64,000 bases of DNA from Cyanophora paradoxa CCMP329 (Eukaryota; Plantae; Glaucophyta). The notes beneath the pieces were generated by a model. The model worked only from the letters and a program-made list of their open reading frames with translations. It was not told the DNA's origin and did not search any database. The translations under genes were made by a program, and so were the position numbers. Positions 32,798 to 46,021 of this stretch are shown here, piece by piece (position 1 is the first letter of the stretch; every line of letters starts with the position of its first letter). The stretch lies in contig QPMI01000563.1 in assembly GCA_004431415.1 (NCBI GenBank), positions 1 through 64,000 on the forward strand, in the 5' to 3' direction.

Positions 32798-35700
32798 TCA
32801 GAAGTCCTCGTCGAGCTCGTTGAAGGGCTCCACGTCCCCCCCGGGGGTCCCCTCGGAGGGGGGTACGCGCCCCGGGGCGGGGGCGTGGACGGCGGGGGGG
32901 GACGAGGCCTCGAAGAGGGGCGGGCCCGGGGAGGCGGGGTCGGCGTCCGAGGGGCTCCGAGCGGCGAGGACGTGGAGCTGCAGGGGCGAGGGCTCGAGGG
33001 GGCTGCGGAGGCGCGCGAGGGGGGCGGCGGGGCTCGCACGGAGGAGGTGGAGGCGGGGGAGGTAGCGGCGTAGGCCTTGGAGGGGGAGGCGGCCGGCGAC
33101 GCCGGGAACTGCAGCTGCACCCCGACGACCCCCGCCGCCTGTCCGCCCCGCCCCGCCCCCTCGGCCCAGCGCGGGGGCGACGGGGAGAGGGCCCGCGCGC
33201 CTTCGTGATCTCCTCCTCCTTGGCGACGGGGTTCGGGGGGGTCGGCGGCTCGTCCGCGACCCGCGCGAGCGCTTCCCGCATCGAGCCTGCGCGCCCAGGT
33301 GCGCGCGCTCGAATCCGGCCGGGGCGGCACAAGAGTCGGTCGGGGGTGCGCACTGTCCGTGGCGCTGGCGCGTGCCTTCCACGCCGCTCGCACGCGCTGA
33401 GGCAAAGTGCATCGGAAGGACGCCCTCTGATTTGGAGGGGGGAGGGGAGTGCTGTGGGGCACGGGGTCACCTGGCGGAGGGCCTTGGATCCCATCTGAGG
33501 GGGGGAAGCGTAAGCGGAGGGGGATTGGGGGGGGGGGATGGGGGTGTGGCGGGAGGGGACCTCGATGGTGTCGGCGCCGAGCAGCGGCTCGTACGTGGCG
33601 CGCAGCTGCGCCACCGCGTCCTCCAGCACCTGCACCCGCCGCCCCGCTCCTCGCCCCGAGCCGCCGCAGCCGCGCCCCCCGCTTCCCACGCACCCGCGCC
33701 CCGGCCTCCTCGCCCAGCGGCCGCACCGCCGCCTCCGCGCGCTGCACACCGTCCGCGAAGCCGCCGCGCGCGACCTCCATGTTGGTGGCCTGCGGGAGGG
33801 AGGGGATGAGACGGGGCGGGGGGAGGCGGGCGGGGTGCCGGGGCGGGGTCTGGCTGGCCTGGAGGCGGCGGCCGGCGGCGCGGGCGAGGCCCTCCACCCG
33901 CTGGATGCGCTCCTTCGCCCTGCGCCCCGGCCCGCCCCGGCCCCCGTCGCCTCCCAGGCGGGCGAGCAGAGGCGGCGCGGGGCGGGGCGGGGCGGGGCGG
34001 GGCGGGGCGGGCCTGAGGCGGACGAGGTCGAGGTGGAAGCACTCGCGGTAGAGGCGCGCGAGCTCCGCGAGGCCCGCCTGCACCCCGTTCGCCTGCCCGG
34101 GCTCCACGGGGGGGAGGTTCAGCCGCTCCATCTGCACCCCGCCCCCCGCCACGCGTCACCCGCGCATCCGGCCGGCGTGTGTCTCGGGCGGGGCGTGGCG
34201 GGGCGGGGTGTGCCTGGCGGGCGGTGTTGGGGCGGACGTGGGGCGGGGCAGACTCGGAGGCCCCGCTCGTCTCCACCGCCCAGCCGTACCGCACCTGCCC
34301 GCAGCCGCCACGGTTGGATGGCGGGGCGGCCCCTGGAAGAGGGGACGGGGCGGGGCGGGGCGGGCCTGGCCGGGGAGCATTGGCATCTGGGCGACGAGCC
34401 GGTCGTGCCCGCGCGCCATCGCCGCCTCCGCGTTCGCTGCGCCCCGCCCCCGCCCCTCGGCCCCCCGCGGCCCCCGCCCCCCATGCTCTCCAGCGCCCCA
34501 GGGTGCTCTCCCCTCGCCTCGAGAAGGAGAGCGACGAGCTCCCAGTACTAGCCGCCGACCAGCACACGCTCCCGAGCCGAGTGCCGCCTCGCGGCAGAGG
34601 GGCCAGACGGCCTCGCCCCTCCCCCCCTCGCTCGTTCCCCCCGGGTGTGGCGGGGCGGACCGGCGGCGCGCTCGAGGGCGGCGAGGGCGGCGCCCGTCGC
34701 CCGCCGCACCTCGACCTTGATCTCCGCCTCCATCTCCGCCTGCAGCTCCTGCGCGCCCCCCGGCCCCCGTCAGCCCGAGGCCCCGCCCCTCCCCCTGCCC
34801 TCGGCGGCGGGCGGGCCTTGCCGAGGCAGGACTCGAGGGTCTTGCGGGCGGTGGCGGGGAGGGCGCCCTTGAGCCGCTCGAAGGCCCCCTGCAGCAGCTG
34901 CTGCGCGGCCGCCTTCAGCGACTCCTTGTCGGTCTGGCGGCGCAGCAGGAGGAGAGGCACGGGTCACTCAGAGAGGAGGCGGAGAGGAGGGGCGGGGCGG
35001 GAGGCGGCGGGCGGGCCTGCAGCTTGAGGAGGCCGGTGAAGCCGTCGGGGCCGGCGCGGGCCCGCAGCGCCCCCCGCGCCTCCTCGAGCAGCCGCGCCGC
35101 CGCCGCGTTCGTCCCGGAGCCGACCTGCCGGCCCGCCCCGCCCGCTCGTCCCACTCCGCGGCTGCCGGCGCGGCCGGCGCGCGCGCACGCGGGCGGCGTT
35201 GGCGCGGGTGGCGGCGACGCGGAAGGCCACCGCCTCCTCCCGCAGCCGCGCCTCGATCCTGCGCCCCGCCGGCTCGGCGCGAGGCGCGAGGGCGGCGGGG
35301 CGAGGGGCGGAGAGGGGCGGACTTGTGGGCGACGTGCGGGGGCGGGGCCATGCCCGGCGAGAAGGAGGCGAAGGCGGCGCGCAGGGCCGCCTGCGCCGCC
35401 TCCTCCCTGCCCCCCAGCGCGAGTCAGGGGGGCGCTCCACGGGGCGCCCGCCGCGAGCTTGGTGACCGGTACTGGAGCTCGACCGCGAGGGCCTCCTTGG
35501 TGAGGGGCGCCCCGCCCTCCGCCAGCCGCAGGCGCCCGCGCGGCCCCTCCAGCACCCGCTCCCCGTGCCGCTCCCACGCCTCCCCCGCCGCCTCCCACGC
35601 CCGCACAGCCTCCCCCGGGCCCGCCCCGGAGACCTGCGAGGCGGCTCAAGCTCAGTGGGTTCGGAGGGCGGGGCGGGGCCGGGGGAAGCGGCGGACGCGG

Positions 35701-36996
35701 TCGGCGGCGGCGGCGATGAGGTCGGCGAGGAAGGCGGCGGAGGCGGCGCGCCCCGAGGCGGCGAGGGACCGCTCGTCCAGCAGCACCCGCAGCACCTGCG
35801 CCCCCTCGAACCCGCCCCCCGGCCTTCCTTTCGCGGCGGCGGGGCCCGCGCACCCGGTCGATGCCCTGGTCGCGCTCGGGGCCCTCGCCGTGGACGCCGT
35901 ACCCCCGCACGGAGGCGAAGGCGGCGAGTAGGGGGGAGGAGCGGCGGCGGAGGGCGGCGAGGATGGAGGCCTCGGCGTCGGCCTGCGGGGCGGGTGAGGT
36001 GGGGTGGGATGAGGTGGGCGGGGGGCCGCGCCTTTGCGCCGCGGACGACGAGGTGGAGGGCGCCGAGCGGGGGCCGGTCGTGCTGGGGCGGGGGCAGGGC
36101 GGGGGCGGGGCGGGGGCGGCGTGCGGGAGCTCGCCGAGCTCCTGCGCCCCCGCCCCCGACTTCTTGCGCCCGAAGGGGAGCGCCCGAAGATGCCGCCCCC
36201 CTTCGACCCCTTCATCGACCCCCCGTCTCCACCGCCTGCCGCCCCAGCGCCGGCGGCGGCGGCGGCGGGCGGAGGCGCGCCCCGCGGCGAGGCGCGCGGC
36301 GGCCGCCTCGAGGGCGGCGAGGGGCGCGAGGCCCGACTCGTCGCCCCCGGCGACGTCGGCCTCGCCGACGCACAGCACGACGGAGGTGGCGGCGAGCAGC
36401 GCCGGCACTAGCGCCGCCGACTCCGCCAGCGCCTCCGCGCCCCGCGCGTCCGCAAAGTGCGAGAGGCGGTACCGCAGGAGCCCCACGCGCAGCTGCGCGG
36501 CGCGGTGGCCCCCGTCAGCCCAGCGCGAGGGCAGGGGGGCGGGGCGGGCGGGGCACCGGAGCGGCGTGCGCGGCGCCCGCGGCGGCGAGCTTGGGGGTCT
36601 TCATGATGTCCGCGAGGGGCTTCGGGCCCATGTCCACGTCGCAGACGGCGAGGGAGCCCTGCGGGGAGCGCCCGTGCGCTTGCTCCAGCGTGCCCCCGGT
36701 GAGGATCTGACCGCAGCGTGCCCCCGGTGAGGCCCTGGCGCGCGCGGAGCAGCCCCGGGAGCTAACCTCGGTGATAATCGACTCGAAGAGCGGAAACCGC
36801 GCCGAAGAGATGAGGAGCAGCAGCGCGACTTGCTCCTGCACGTGAGGGCAGGAGGGTGACGACAAGCGGGCAGACGCGGAGCCGCGCGCTGCACCTCCTG
36901 GGGGACCGAGTTGAGCGTGCTGAATCCATCGGCAAGGGTGACGATGCGAGGCCGGCGAGCATCATCTTCTGCGCTAGAAGCTAGGAGAGCCGGCAT
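32798..36996 (-). CDS. Multi-exon helical/coiled-coil protein, weakly guanylate-binding-protein-like
   Basis: Exons MPALLASSAEDDARRPRIVTLADGFS, EQVALLLLISSARFPLF, helical C-terminal exons, ends NELDEDF*; GBP resemblance by eye only, no intact P-loop seen. Confidence 0.55.
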
Positions 36997-37073
36997 TGTA
37001 TGCGGCCAACTGCCGCAGCACGGCTAGAGCTGACCCCTCGACTTCCGATCAGCCACGCTGTGCTTCGCGGCAG

Positions 37074-37122
37074 TGCTACCTTCGGCTAGGTTCTAAGATG
37101 CTACTTTCGGCTAGGTTCTAAG
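37074..37122. promoter_or_regulatory. 24-bp direct repeat within a ~240-bp divergent promoter
   Basis: tgctac(c/t)ttcggctaggttctaag twice, between ATGs at 36996(-) and 37236(+); regulatory role inferred. Confidence 0.45.
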
Positions 37123-37235
37123 GGCTCGCTGATCCCGGGTCGCCTGTATCGTCGCAACGCGTTGGACGGGCTGCAGGTACCCCCCCCCTAGGCGGGCTCC
37201 GGGGCTCAGCTTTTCGTCTCGCTGCTGCATTCCCG

Positions 37236-40200
37236 ATGTCGGCGAGCGAAACGCCGCCTGCGGGGGCGTCGCAGCCCGCAGCAGTGGCCCCCGCGCTTCG
37301 AGCCAAACGCTTCCAAATTGACTTGACGGGCGGCGACGGCACCGTCAAGTTCTCGTTCAAAAAGCTACAGCAGGAGAAGCGTGCGCAGACGGAGACTGCT
37401 TCTCCCTCCGCCGACAAGCTGGATCCCGCAGCCGGTCTCCCCCTTTTGAAATCCTATAGCGCGTTCACTTCCTGAAAGCACTCCACCGCAGCGTCGGGAT
37501 CATTGATCACCGATGTACGTGCGTCAGTGGATGCTCCAAGCCATGCTTCGGGAGCCGGAAATGTCCCCAAGGACGTACCTAAGGACCTGGCGGCCAAGAT
37601 CCTTGAGAAGAAGGGCAAGGGCGTCGAGGTGAGGCCACTTCCCGCTCACGTGCACTGAGCACGCATAAGTGATCGCCGTATGCGCCGCGCACAGCTGCCC
37701 TCCAGCAGCGGGACCGGCACAAGACTGACCAGCGTCATTGCACGCATCGAGCGCCTGTACAACCCGGCCTCGGCGGTGCGATGCTTCTCGGATGGATGCG
37801 AGGACCGGCGTCTCACGCGGCGCCGCAGGAGTTTGTCGGGTTCGACGCGGACGTAGGCTACGACCCGGACGACCCGTTCATCGACGACGAGGAGCTGGTG
37901 CGGTGCCGCGTGCGCCCTGCGCACGGGCCCGCGCTGAAGCCCGGGTCCTCCCGTGCAGGCGAAGACCGTCGGCGGCAAGAAGACGAACGAGCGCCCCAAA
38001 GAGAAGGGGTTCTTCATCACGGAGGGCGACGAGGAGATCCAGACGATCAAGCGCGCCCAGCCGCTCTCCCTCCGCGCTGCACGGCGCATCTGACGACCGC
38101 ATGACTCCTCAGGATTCGGCGGCAGGAGGCCGCGCCGCCCCCGAAAGTCCGGCGGAAGCCCGCGCCGTCTTCCTCGCCGGCCTCGCCCGCGGCGGCGGCG
38201 GCGCCTGCCAAGGGAGTGAAAAAGAAGAAGGAGGCGGAGGTGGGCGGAGGGGCAGGCGAGAGCCCTGCGGCGCACGCGCAGCCGAAGTCCAAGGGGCCCA
38301 AGGGCATCGCGAAGGCGCCGCCGCCGCCGCCGGCCGACGAGGAAGGGAGCGAGAGCAGCAGCGGGAGCGATGAGGGGGGCAGCGGAGGCGGTGGCGGCGG
38401 CGGCAGCGGCGGAGGCGGGGCGGAGGAGGCCAAGAAAGCGGAGCGGCCGTGCCGGGTGCGCGGGCCTGCTGTGGGCCCTTGGCGGCGGCCCCGCCGGCGC
38501 CGAGCGGGCGGGGCGGGGCGCAGCCGATGCCAGGGGACGTGGAGTCTATGCTCGGCGAGCTGGCGCAGCAGTTCGGCAACAAGCCCGGCGCCCCGCCGGC
38601 GGATGGCAAGCAGGCCTCCCCGGCCGTCGGCGCCGGCCGCGGCCGCTCTGACCTCAACCCCCTCCTCCTCCGCATCGACGCCGCGTTCAGGCGAGCGCGC
38701 CGCCTGCCGCCCGCACTCGCCCTCGCCGGGGCGCGGCGCGACCGCCTGGTGCCCCCGCAGCGCGGCCAAGTCGAAGGGCTTCGGCACGCCCCGCAGCGAC
38801 ATGCTGCGGCGGCTCTCGCAGGTCCTGGGCCTCCAGCCGAACTCCATAAATGCGCGTCCCGTCCGGCACCCGAGGCCCCCGCCCCGCCCGCGCCCGCCCC
38901 CTGAGGCCCGGCGGGGGCACAGAACCGGCTAAAGAAGCTCTCGTCGTCGGCGCCGAAGCCGCCGGAGCCGAAGAAGGACCCGCTGGAGGTCGGCCAGGAG
39001 ATGCTCGAGAAGTTCACCCGAAGGTGCGGAGGCCGGGGGGAGGCCCCGCGACCCCTCCCCACCAGGCAGGCCACGAGCTCGCCTCACGCCCCCGCCCCCC
39101 GCGCAGCCTGCAGAAACACGTCGCCGCCGAGATCGAGAAGCTGGGCGCGGCTTACAAGGAGCCTCTCGCGGCGCCCAAGCCTCCCGAGCCCGACTCGGCG
39201 GCCGCCGGCGAGGGCGCCGCCAAGGCCCCGACCGCCGCCGAGCTCGCCCGCAAGCAGGCCAAGGACGAGGGTGCGGGCGGCGGCGCCTGCTGTCGGCGCG
39301 CCCCCCGTCCGCGCCCTTCTCACCGGCTGGGGCCGCAGCGAGCAAGTTCCCCTGGGCGGAGGACGGCAAACTGTGCGCATGGGCGGGGCCGGGAAGGGCG
39401 CTCAGCTGCGGGCGCCTCTCGTGCGTGGGTGCGACACGGGGGCGGGGCGCAGGCTGGTGTACGAGACGCTCTACTGGATGAACTACGTCTCGACGCTGCG
39501 CGCGCTCCTCGCCGAGATGGAGGCCCGCAAGGAGAGCCCCGCCCTCCAGTGGCGCAAGTTCTGGGAGCAGGTACCCCCACCAGAGACCCCCCCCCCTCCC
39601 CCGAGCGGCTCCTGAGGCAGGGGCGCAGCTCACGAACTTCTGGCCGAAGGGCCGCATGACGAGCGACGCGCTCAAGTCCATCTACTCGAAGATATCCACG
39701 CAGGTGCCCGCCCCTCGCTCCTCTGGCACTGCGTTCTGTGCCGAGCGGCGCCGCTGGCGGCCGGCAGCGCAAGGGCGCGGGGCGCAAGCCGAAGAAGGAG
39801 GGGGAGGCAGGCAAGGCGGCCCCCGCGCTCGTCAGCTGGATCTCCCCCCAGGAGCGGGTGCGCCGCGCTTGCCGCGCCCCCGCCGCTCCCGCTCCTCGAC
39901 CGAGCCGGGCGGGGGCGGGCACGCAGGCGAACCGCGACTTCGGGACGACGCCCGAGCGGGCCGCCTTCCTCGCGAAGAAGAAGGCCGCCGCCGAGGCCGC
40001 CGCCGCCGCCGCCTCCGCCTCCTCGGGCCCCGCCGAGGCTGCCCCGGGGGCCTCCTCGTCGGACGCCGCGGCGGCCTCGCAGCCCGGCTCCGCGACAAAG
40101 CCCGACGCCCAGCCGAAGAAGCGCAAGTCCTCCGCCCCCGCCTCCGCCCCCGCCGCCAGCGGAGACCCCGAGCAAGGCGCCGCAAAGCCCAAGAAGCCCA

Positions 40201-40993
40201 AGAAGGCCGCAACGCCGGCGGCGCCGGCGGCGGGCGGCACGGAAGGGGCGGCGCCGGAGGCAGCGAGGGCGGCGGCTGCGGGGGAGAAGAAGGAGACGAA
40301 GAAGCGGCCACGCAAGTCGGCCGATGAGGGCGTCGAGGCCGGCGCTGAGGGCTCCGCCAAGCGCGGCAAAGGGGCGGCAGCGGCGGCCTCGGCGCCGGCC
40401 GCGAGCGCCCCGCCGCCTCCTTCCGCGTCGCCGCCGCCTCCGCTGGCGGCCGCGGCGCCCCTGCCGGCGCCGGCCCTGCCACCCGCCGCCCCGCCGCTCG
40501 GTGTGCCGGCGCAGCCGCCCCCGGGGTCTGCCCAGCCGCCCAGCGTCCCCTCGGCGGCGCTCCCTCCTGCACCTGCAGCCCCTTCCCTCTCCGGCTTCGG
40601 CACCCCAGCGCCGCCCGCCCCTGCAGCCAGCGCCGCTACCGCTGCCGCCCGCCCAAAGGCCCCCGCCGCTCCTCCTGGCGCCCCCCCGCGAGCGCACCTA
40701 CGGCGAACCGGCCCCCTTTCCAGACCATCCCTGCCCCCGCCCAGCAGGCCGGCGCCCCCGCCCTAGCGTCCCCTGGCGGCCCCGCCCCCGCCCTCAAGCC
40801 CCCCGCAGCCCCGGGGCCGCGCACCCCCTCCGCCCCTCCGCAGATTTTCGTCCCCTCCGGGTCGCAGCCGGCTTCGGCTCCAGGCGCAGCAGCGGCCCCG
40901 GTCCCCGCCGCGTCCGCAGGCGTTGCGCGCGCTGGGGGCCCCGCTCCCACCCCGCCCCCCCTCTTCTCGACCTCCCCCGCGCCCTCCCCCTAG
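37236..40993 (+). CDS. UBN: Ubinuclein/HPC2 family histone chaperone subunit (HIRA complex)
   Basis: SVIARIERLY...GYDPDDPFIDDEEL...KGFFITEG is the Hpc2-related (HUN) domain; FPWAEDGK...NFWPKGRMTSDAL resembles the ubinuclein middle domain; 3' end approximate. Confidence 0.88.
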
Positions 40994-41281
40994 CTATAGT
41001 TCACTTTGCTCGCTCGCAAGGATGTGCAATCGAAATCGAAATCGAAATCGAAGTCCAACACCAGGCCGTCGATATGTCCCTCCAACAGGCCTAAGGACGC
41101 GCATGCGCATCGAATGCCATCGATATCGTTTTGTTGCAGGAGCGGCTGCAGCGTGTACAGTGTAGCCTGCAGCCTGTAGCCTGCAGCGGCAGTGCAGCGC
41201 TGCAGCAGCGGCACTGCCGGAGTGCAGCCTGTTGGCGCCGAAGTTGGCGGAAGTTGGCGCGCGCATGCGCAAGGTAGCCTA

Positions 41282-41524
41282 CCGTGCAACACAATATTAT
41301 GACGGTCAAATTTATGTCTTTATAAAACCCGAGCCTTCTATATATAAAATTATGTCGCCATGAAATTTTCAGACTTGTGTGGGACGGTAAATTGGGGGGG
41401 GGTAACATTAAGCACGCCCTACTATGACGTCCCCAAATTATGTCGTCATGCCAAGTTTTCGGCGACATAGTTTGGGGATGACATATAATAAATTAAGTGC
41501 GTACCTTAATATTATGTTTTACGG
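41282..41524. mobile_element. Tc1/mariner-pogo-type MITE, 243 bp
   Basis: TA-flanked; TIR CCGTGCAACACAATATTA versus CCGTAAAACATAATATTA; AT-rich interior. Confidence 0.78.
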
Positions 41525-41871
41525 TATACGTACGCGTAGGTACGTAGGTGTCCTTTTTTGAATTGAAGTTTTTTTCTGGCCATGGGGTGGAAGTTGCAAT
41601 TGGGGCTACTAACCCACTACCCGGTCACGTCGACGTCTATGATCTATCAGCTGCCGCGCGCTGCGCGTCGACGTCAGCTGGCAGGCGCAGCTTCCAGCTA
41701 GATTTGAGCGGAGGCGCATCACCAGCAGCGATTGACGATCGTTAGCAAGTCGCCCAAGGCTGCTTGCAGTGCGCCGGTAGCGTATGGACAAGATGGGCGT
41801 GGGGCGGAGCGGACCTTCAAGCTAGGCGGCGGCAAATGAAGCCAAGAAGCCGTTAGAGAGGCGACAGCACG

Positions 41872-44800
41872 ATGAGCGGCGTGCGGAGCGCCAGCTTCGC
41901 CAGCGCGCCGGCTGCCCCAGTTGCCGGGCCCAGCTCGCGCCCCGCCCCAGTTGGAGTCGGCGGAAGCGATAGCAGCCCCATCCCTCGGGCAGACAGCTGG
42001 ATTCGGCGCCCGGTGAACACCGGCGAAGATCGACGTGTCGAGTCCCCTGGCGGCTTCTCTCTCGGCCACGCTTCAGGCGGCGTTCAAGCAGGAACCTTCA
42101 AACACATGCGGCGACTCCACCTGAGCCGCACGGAGAGCCTGCCTGCTGAGCCGCCGGAATGGGGCGCGGGCTTGCCCCGTATCAGCCACCGCAGCCATGG
42201 CGACTCTCCGGCCGCGCCCGCCTCCCTGGGCCCGATCAACCAACACGTTCTCGTGCGAAAGCCCCGCCCCGCACCGCTCCACTCGCGGGCGAGGCCGCTC
42301 ATCGCTCCGGCAGCCCTATGTGCCCTACCGCACGCTCGCCTCTGCGCTCCCGCAGCTGGCGGAGCTGCGAGAGGGCTCGAAGGTCACCTTGTGCTCCATG
42401 CAGGGCGCCGGACTCCTCGTGGACGGTTCGTGGCTCGCTTGAAGTCTTCCCCGACGACCGCAGCGGGTGAGGGAGCGGTGCGGGGGCGGGCGCAGTGGCC
42501 GGCTTCAGCTCGCTGGCGCGCTCGTTCACGCGGAGCGACGCGGCTTCGGCGAGCGAGGAGCTCTGCGGGACGCTGAACGAGTACATGCACCGCCTCGTCG
42601 AGTGCCTCCACGCCCGCGGCGCCGAGTGCGCGCCCCGCTGCCCGAGCGCCGCCGCCCGGGCCAGGCGCGTTGCTGAGGGGTGTGGTGCCGGGGGCGCGCA
42701 GCATCCTCCAGTACCTCGGCGACGCAGGCCCGCCGCGCTCTCCTCCCCGCGCTTCCTCGACCCCGCCCCGCTCGCGCTGCTCACCTGCGCGCGCCTCCTC
42801 TGCAGTCGTCGCGTTCATCCCGGTCTCGGCGGGGCGCTCGAAGCGGGCGGCGGGGGCGGCGGCGGTGGACGCGGCGCGCGCAATCCGCGCCATCTCCTTC
42901 CAGCGCGACCAGCACAAGCTCACCGCCCACACGGGCGTCGGTCCGCCCGCCCCCCGCCCCGCCCCGCCGCCGCCGCGCCCCCTGAAAGGGGCGTGCAGGG
43001 GTCGGGGAGCTGGTGGTGTACCTGCTGAGGGGCTGCGAGCGCTCCTCGCAGGCGATCTTCGCCGGCGACCTCGTCGTCCAGGCGCGCCGGCCCCGCCGCC
43101 CTCCCCCGCGAGGACGGGCGCCGAGGCGGGCCGGGCAGGTGTGCGAGGCGCAGCGGGCGTCGTGGGGCGAGGAGATCATCGTGACGGAGGAGGCGCGGGC
43201 GCTGCTGGAGCTCGAGGAGGGCCCCGACGTGAGGCGCCTCCCCGCGCACCCCGGCGAGGCCCCCGCCCGGCCCCTCCACCGCCTCCTCCAGCCCCCGCCC
43301 TCCAAGCCCAGCCGCAAGGCCAGCGTCGCCCCCGCCGACCTCCCCGCCGTCGCGCCCCCGCCCGCCGGCGCCTCCTGCGGCTGCGGCGCCCCGCTCCCCG
43401 TCCGCCCCACGCCCCCCTCTCGCACGCACTGCGCCCAGGCCCCTCACGCCCCGCGCCACACAGGAGGGCTCCCGTGAGGCCGCGGCGGCGCTCCGGCCGT
43501 ACGCGGACGAGCTGATGTGCCTCGTGCCCGGTGCGGGGAGCGAGGGGGCGGGGCGGCGGGGGGCGGGGCGCCTCTGAGGGGCGGGGGCAGCGATGGCGGC
43601 GGAGGGCGGGGCGAACTCGTTCTGGGCGCACGACATCCGCACCGTTTACTGCGTCTTCGGTGCCCCCGCCCAGCCCCCTGCAAGCCCCCATCACGCGCGC
43701 CCCCGCTGACGCCGCCCCTCGCAGCCTCCTTCCCCGAGGCCCGCCCGTGCCGCCGCCGGGGGTCGGTGCGGGGCGCCCCTCGTGGCTGAGCGGGGCGGGG
43801 CGGGGCGCAGCTGGACGCGGCGCACCTGGAGGAGGCGGGGGGCGGCGGGGGCGGCGAGGGGCGCGCCGAGCGCGTGGGCCTCGTCGTCCGCTCGCTCCAC
43901 GGCGTCGCCGAGGACTACGGCGGTCCGCCCCGCCCCCCACCGCACCCCGCACCTGACTCCCCGCCCCGCCTCCCTGCCCGCAGGCTCCGTGAACAAGGTC
44001 ATGATTGACGAGAAGGCGAGCCCGCCGCATACCCCTCCCCCGCTCGCTCCGCCGCCCGCGACGCCCCGGGGCCCCCCCAGGGCGCCTCGGCGATCATCGG
44101 CTTCGGCCTCCCGGGTGGCTACGCCCACGAGGACGGCGCGCCTACCTTCTTCCCGCCCCCCCCCCCCCCCCCCCCCCCCTCCCCCTAACTCGAGCCTGCA
44201 GACGCGGAGCGGGCGACGCGGGCGGCGCTGGCGCTGCAGTCCTGGTTCGCCGAGACCGACGCGCCCTTCGCCTGCGGGGTCCGTCCCGCCCCGCCCCGCC
44301 CCGCCCCCGCCCCGCCCCCGCCCCCCGCGCCTCTCATCTGACGGCAGGTCGTCGGCGGCCGCACCTTCTGCGGCTCCCTCGGCGCCCCCTGCCGCAAAGG
44401 CGCCCCACCGCCCCCTCCCCCCCCTGCTCCGCTTCCTGCAGCTGCAGTAGCTGACCTGGAGGGCCTCTCTCCTCAGAGCACGCCCTTATCGGCGACTGCG
44501 TCATCCTCGCCGGTGCCCCCTCCTCCCCGCTCCCTGCGCCCTCGCCTCGCAGGCCCCGGCCGAGCGGCGGGGGCGGCAGCGCGGCTGATGGGGGCGGCGC
44601 GCGCGGCGATCAACGGCGGAGGCGTCTCCGACTCGGGCAGAGCCCGCCAGCAGGTGCGGCGGCCGCGGGCCCTCGGGGGGCCCCTCCGCGAGCCGCGCCC
44701 AGCGCCCCCGGCAGGAGGTCCTCTGCGACGCGAGCATCGTCACCGCTGTCGCCGCCCGCGGCCGCTGGCCCGTGCGCCCGCCCCGCTGCTCCCCTCCAAA

Positions 44801-45977
44801 GGGCCACCGCTGAGACGGCCCGCGGCAGGGGTTCGCGCTCGATCCCCTCCCCCCCGTCCCCGTGAAGGGCTTCTCGGATCCCGTGCCCGTCTTCCGGCCC
44901 CGCCTGGCCCCCGACGGGCCCCCGCCCGCCCCGGCCCCGCTCCTCGACTCGGTGAGCGCCGCCGCGTCCACGGCCAGCAGGCCGCGCGCCGCGCCTCTGA
45001 GCGGGCGGGGGCGCAGGAGGCGGCGGCGGGGGGGCCCAACGAGGGGGAGGCCGAGTCCGAAGAGGGGCGGGACCCCGTCCCCTGGTGCCCATCCCCCTCC
45101 CCCATCTCCCCCCTCCGCCGCCCTAAGTCTGCGGGGCGCAGCCTGGGGCGGGAGGGGGAGCTGGCGCGGGCGACGGGGGCGGTGGAGGCGCTGGTGGCGC
45201 ACGGACGCGGGGCGACGGTCGTCGTCGAGGGCGACGCCGGCTACGGCAAGGTCCGCCCCGCCCCGCGCCCCCGCCGCCCCCGCCCCGCTCACCTCGCCCC
45301 CGGCAGACGCGCCTGGTCGAGGAGCTGGCGCGGGTGTGCGCCCTCCGCCGCGTGCGCGTCCTCCGCTGCGCCGGGGGCGCCCTCGAGGTGCGCCCCTGCG
45401 GGATGGGGGGCCTGCGGGAGAGCCTCGCGCCAGCGCGCCGCGCCGCGCCGCGCCGCCTCGCGGGGTGCTGAGAGGCGGGCAGGAGACGACGGCGCTGTGG
45501 GCGCTGCGGGGCGTGCTGGCCTCCCTCGCCGACGTCTCCAGCCCCGAGGCCATGCGCGCCGACCTCGTCCCCCGCGCCCTCCTCACGTGCCCCCGCCCCC
45601 CACCCGCCCCGCTAGCTAGCCCCCTCTCTCCCTCCCCGCATCCCCTCACTCTGCTCGCCTCGCAGCGAGTCGGACTGCTCGATGCTCTGGACCTGCTTCT
45701 TCGACTCGGGTGCGGGCACGGCGGGGCGGGGCGGGGCCGCTCTCTGGTGCTGAGGGGCGGGGGCGGGGCGGGCAGAGACGCTGGAGGGGAAGGGGAGCAC
45801 GAGCACGGGGAGCGAGGTGGAGGGAGACCTGGCGCTGCGCCGCTCGTACCGCAACCGCGCCGGGGGGGCCGACCCCGACCCCCTCCTCGCGTACAGCAAG
45901 CGCTCCCGCCGCCGCAGCAACGCCCTCGGCACCGGCATGGAGATCATCGTCCTCCGCGTCGCCACCGTCCTCTCCCG

Positions 45978-46021
<44 letters not shown>

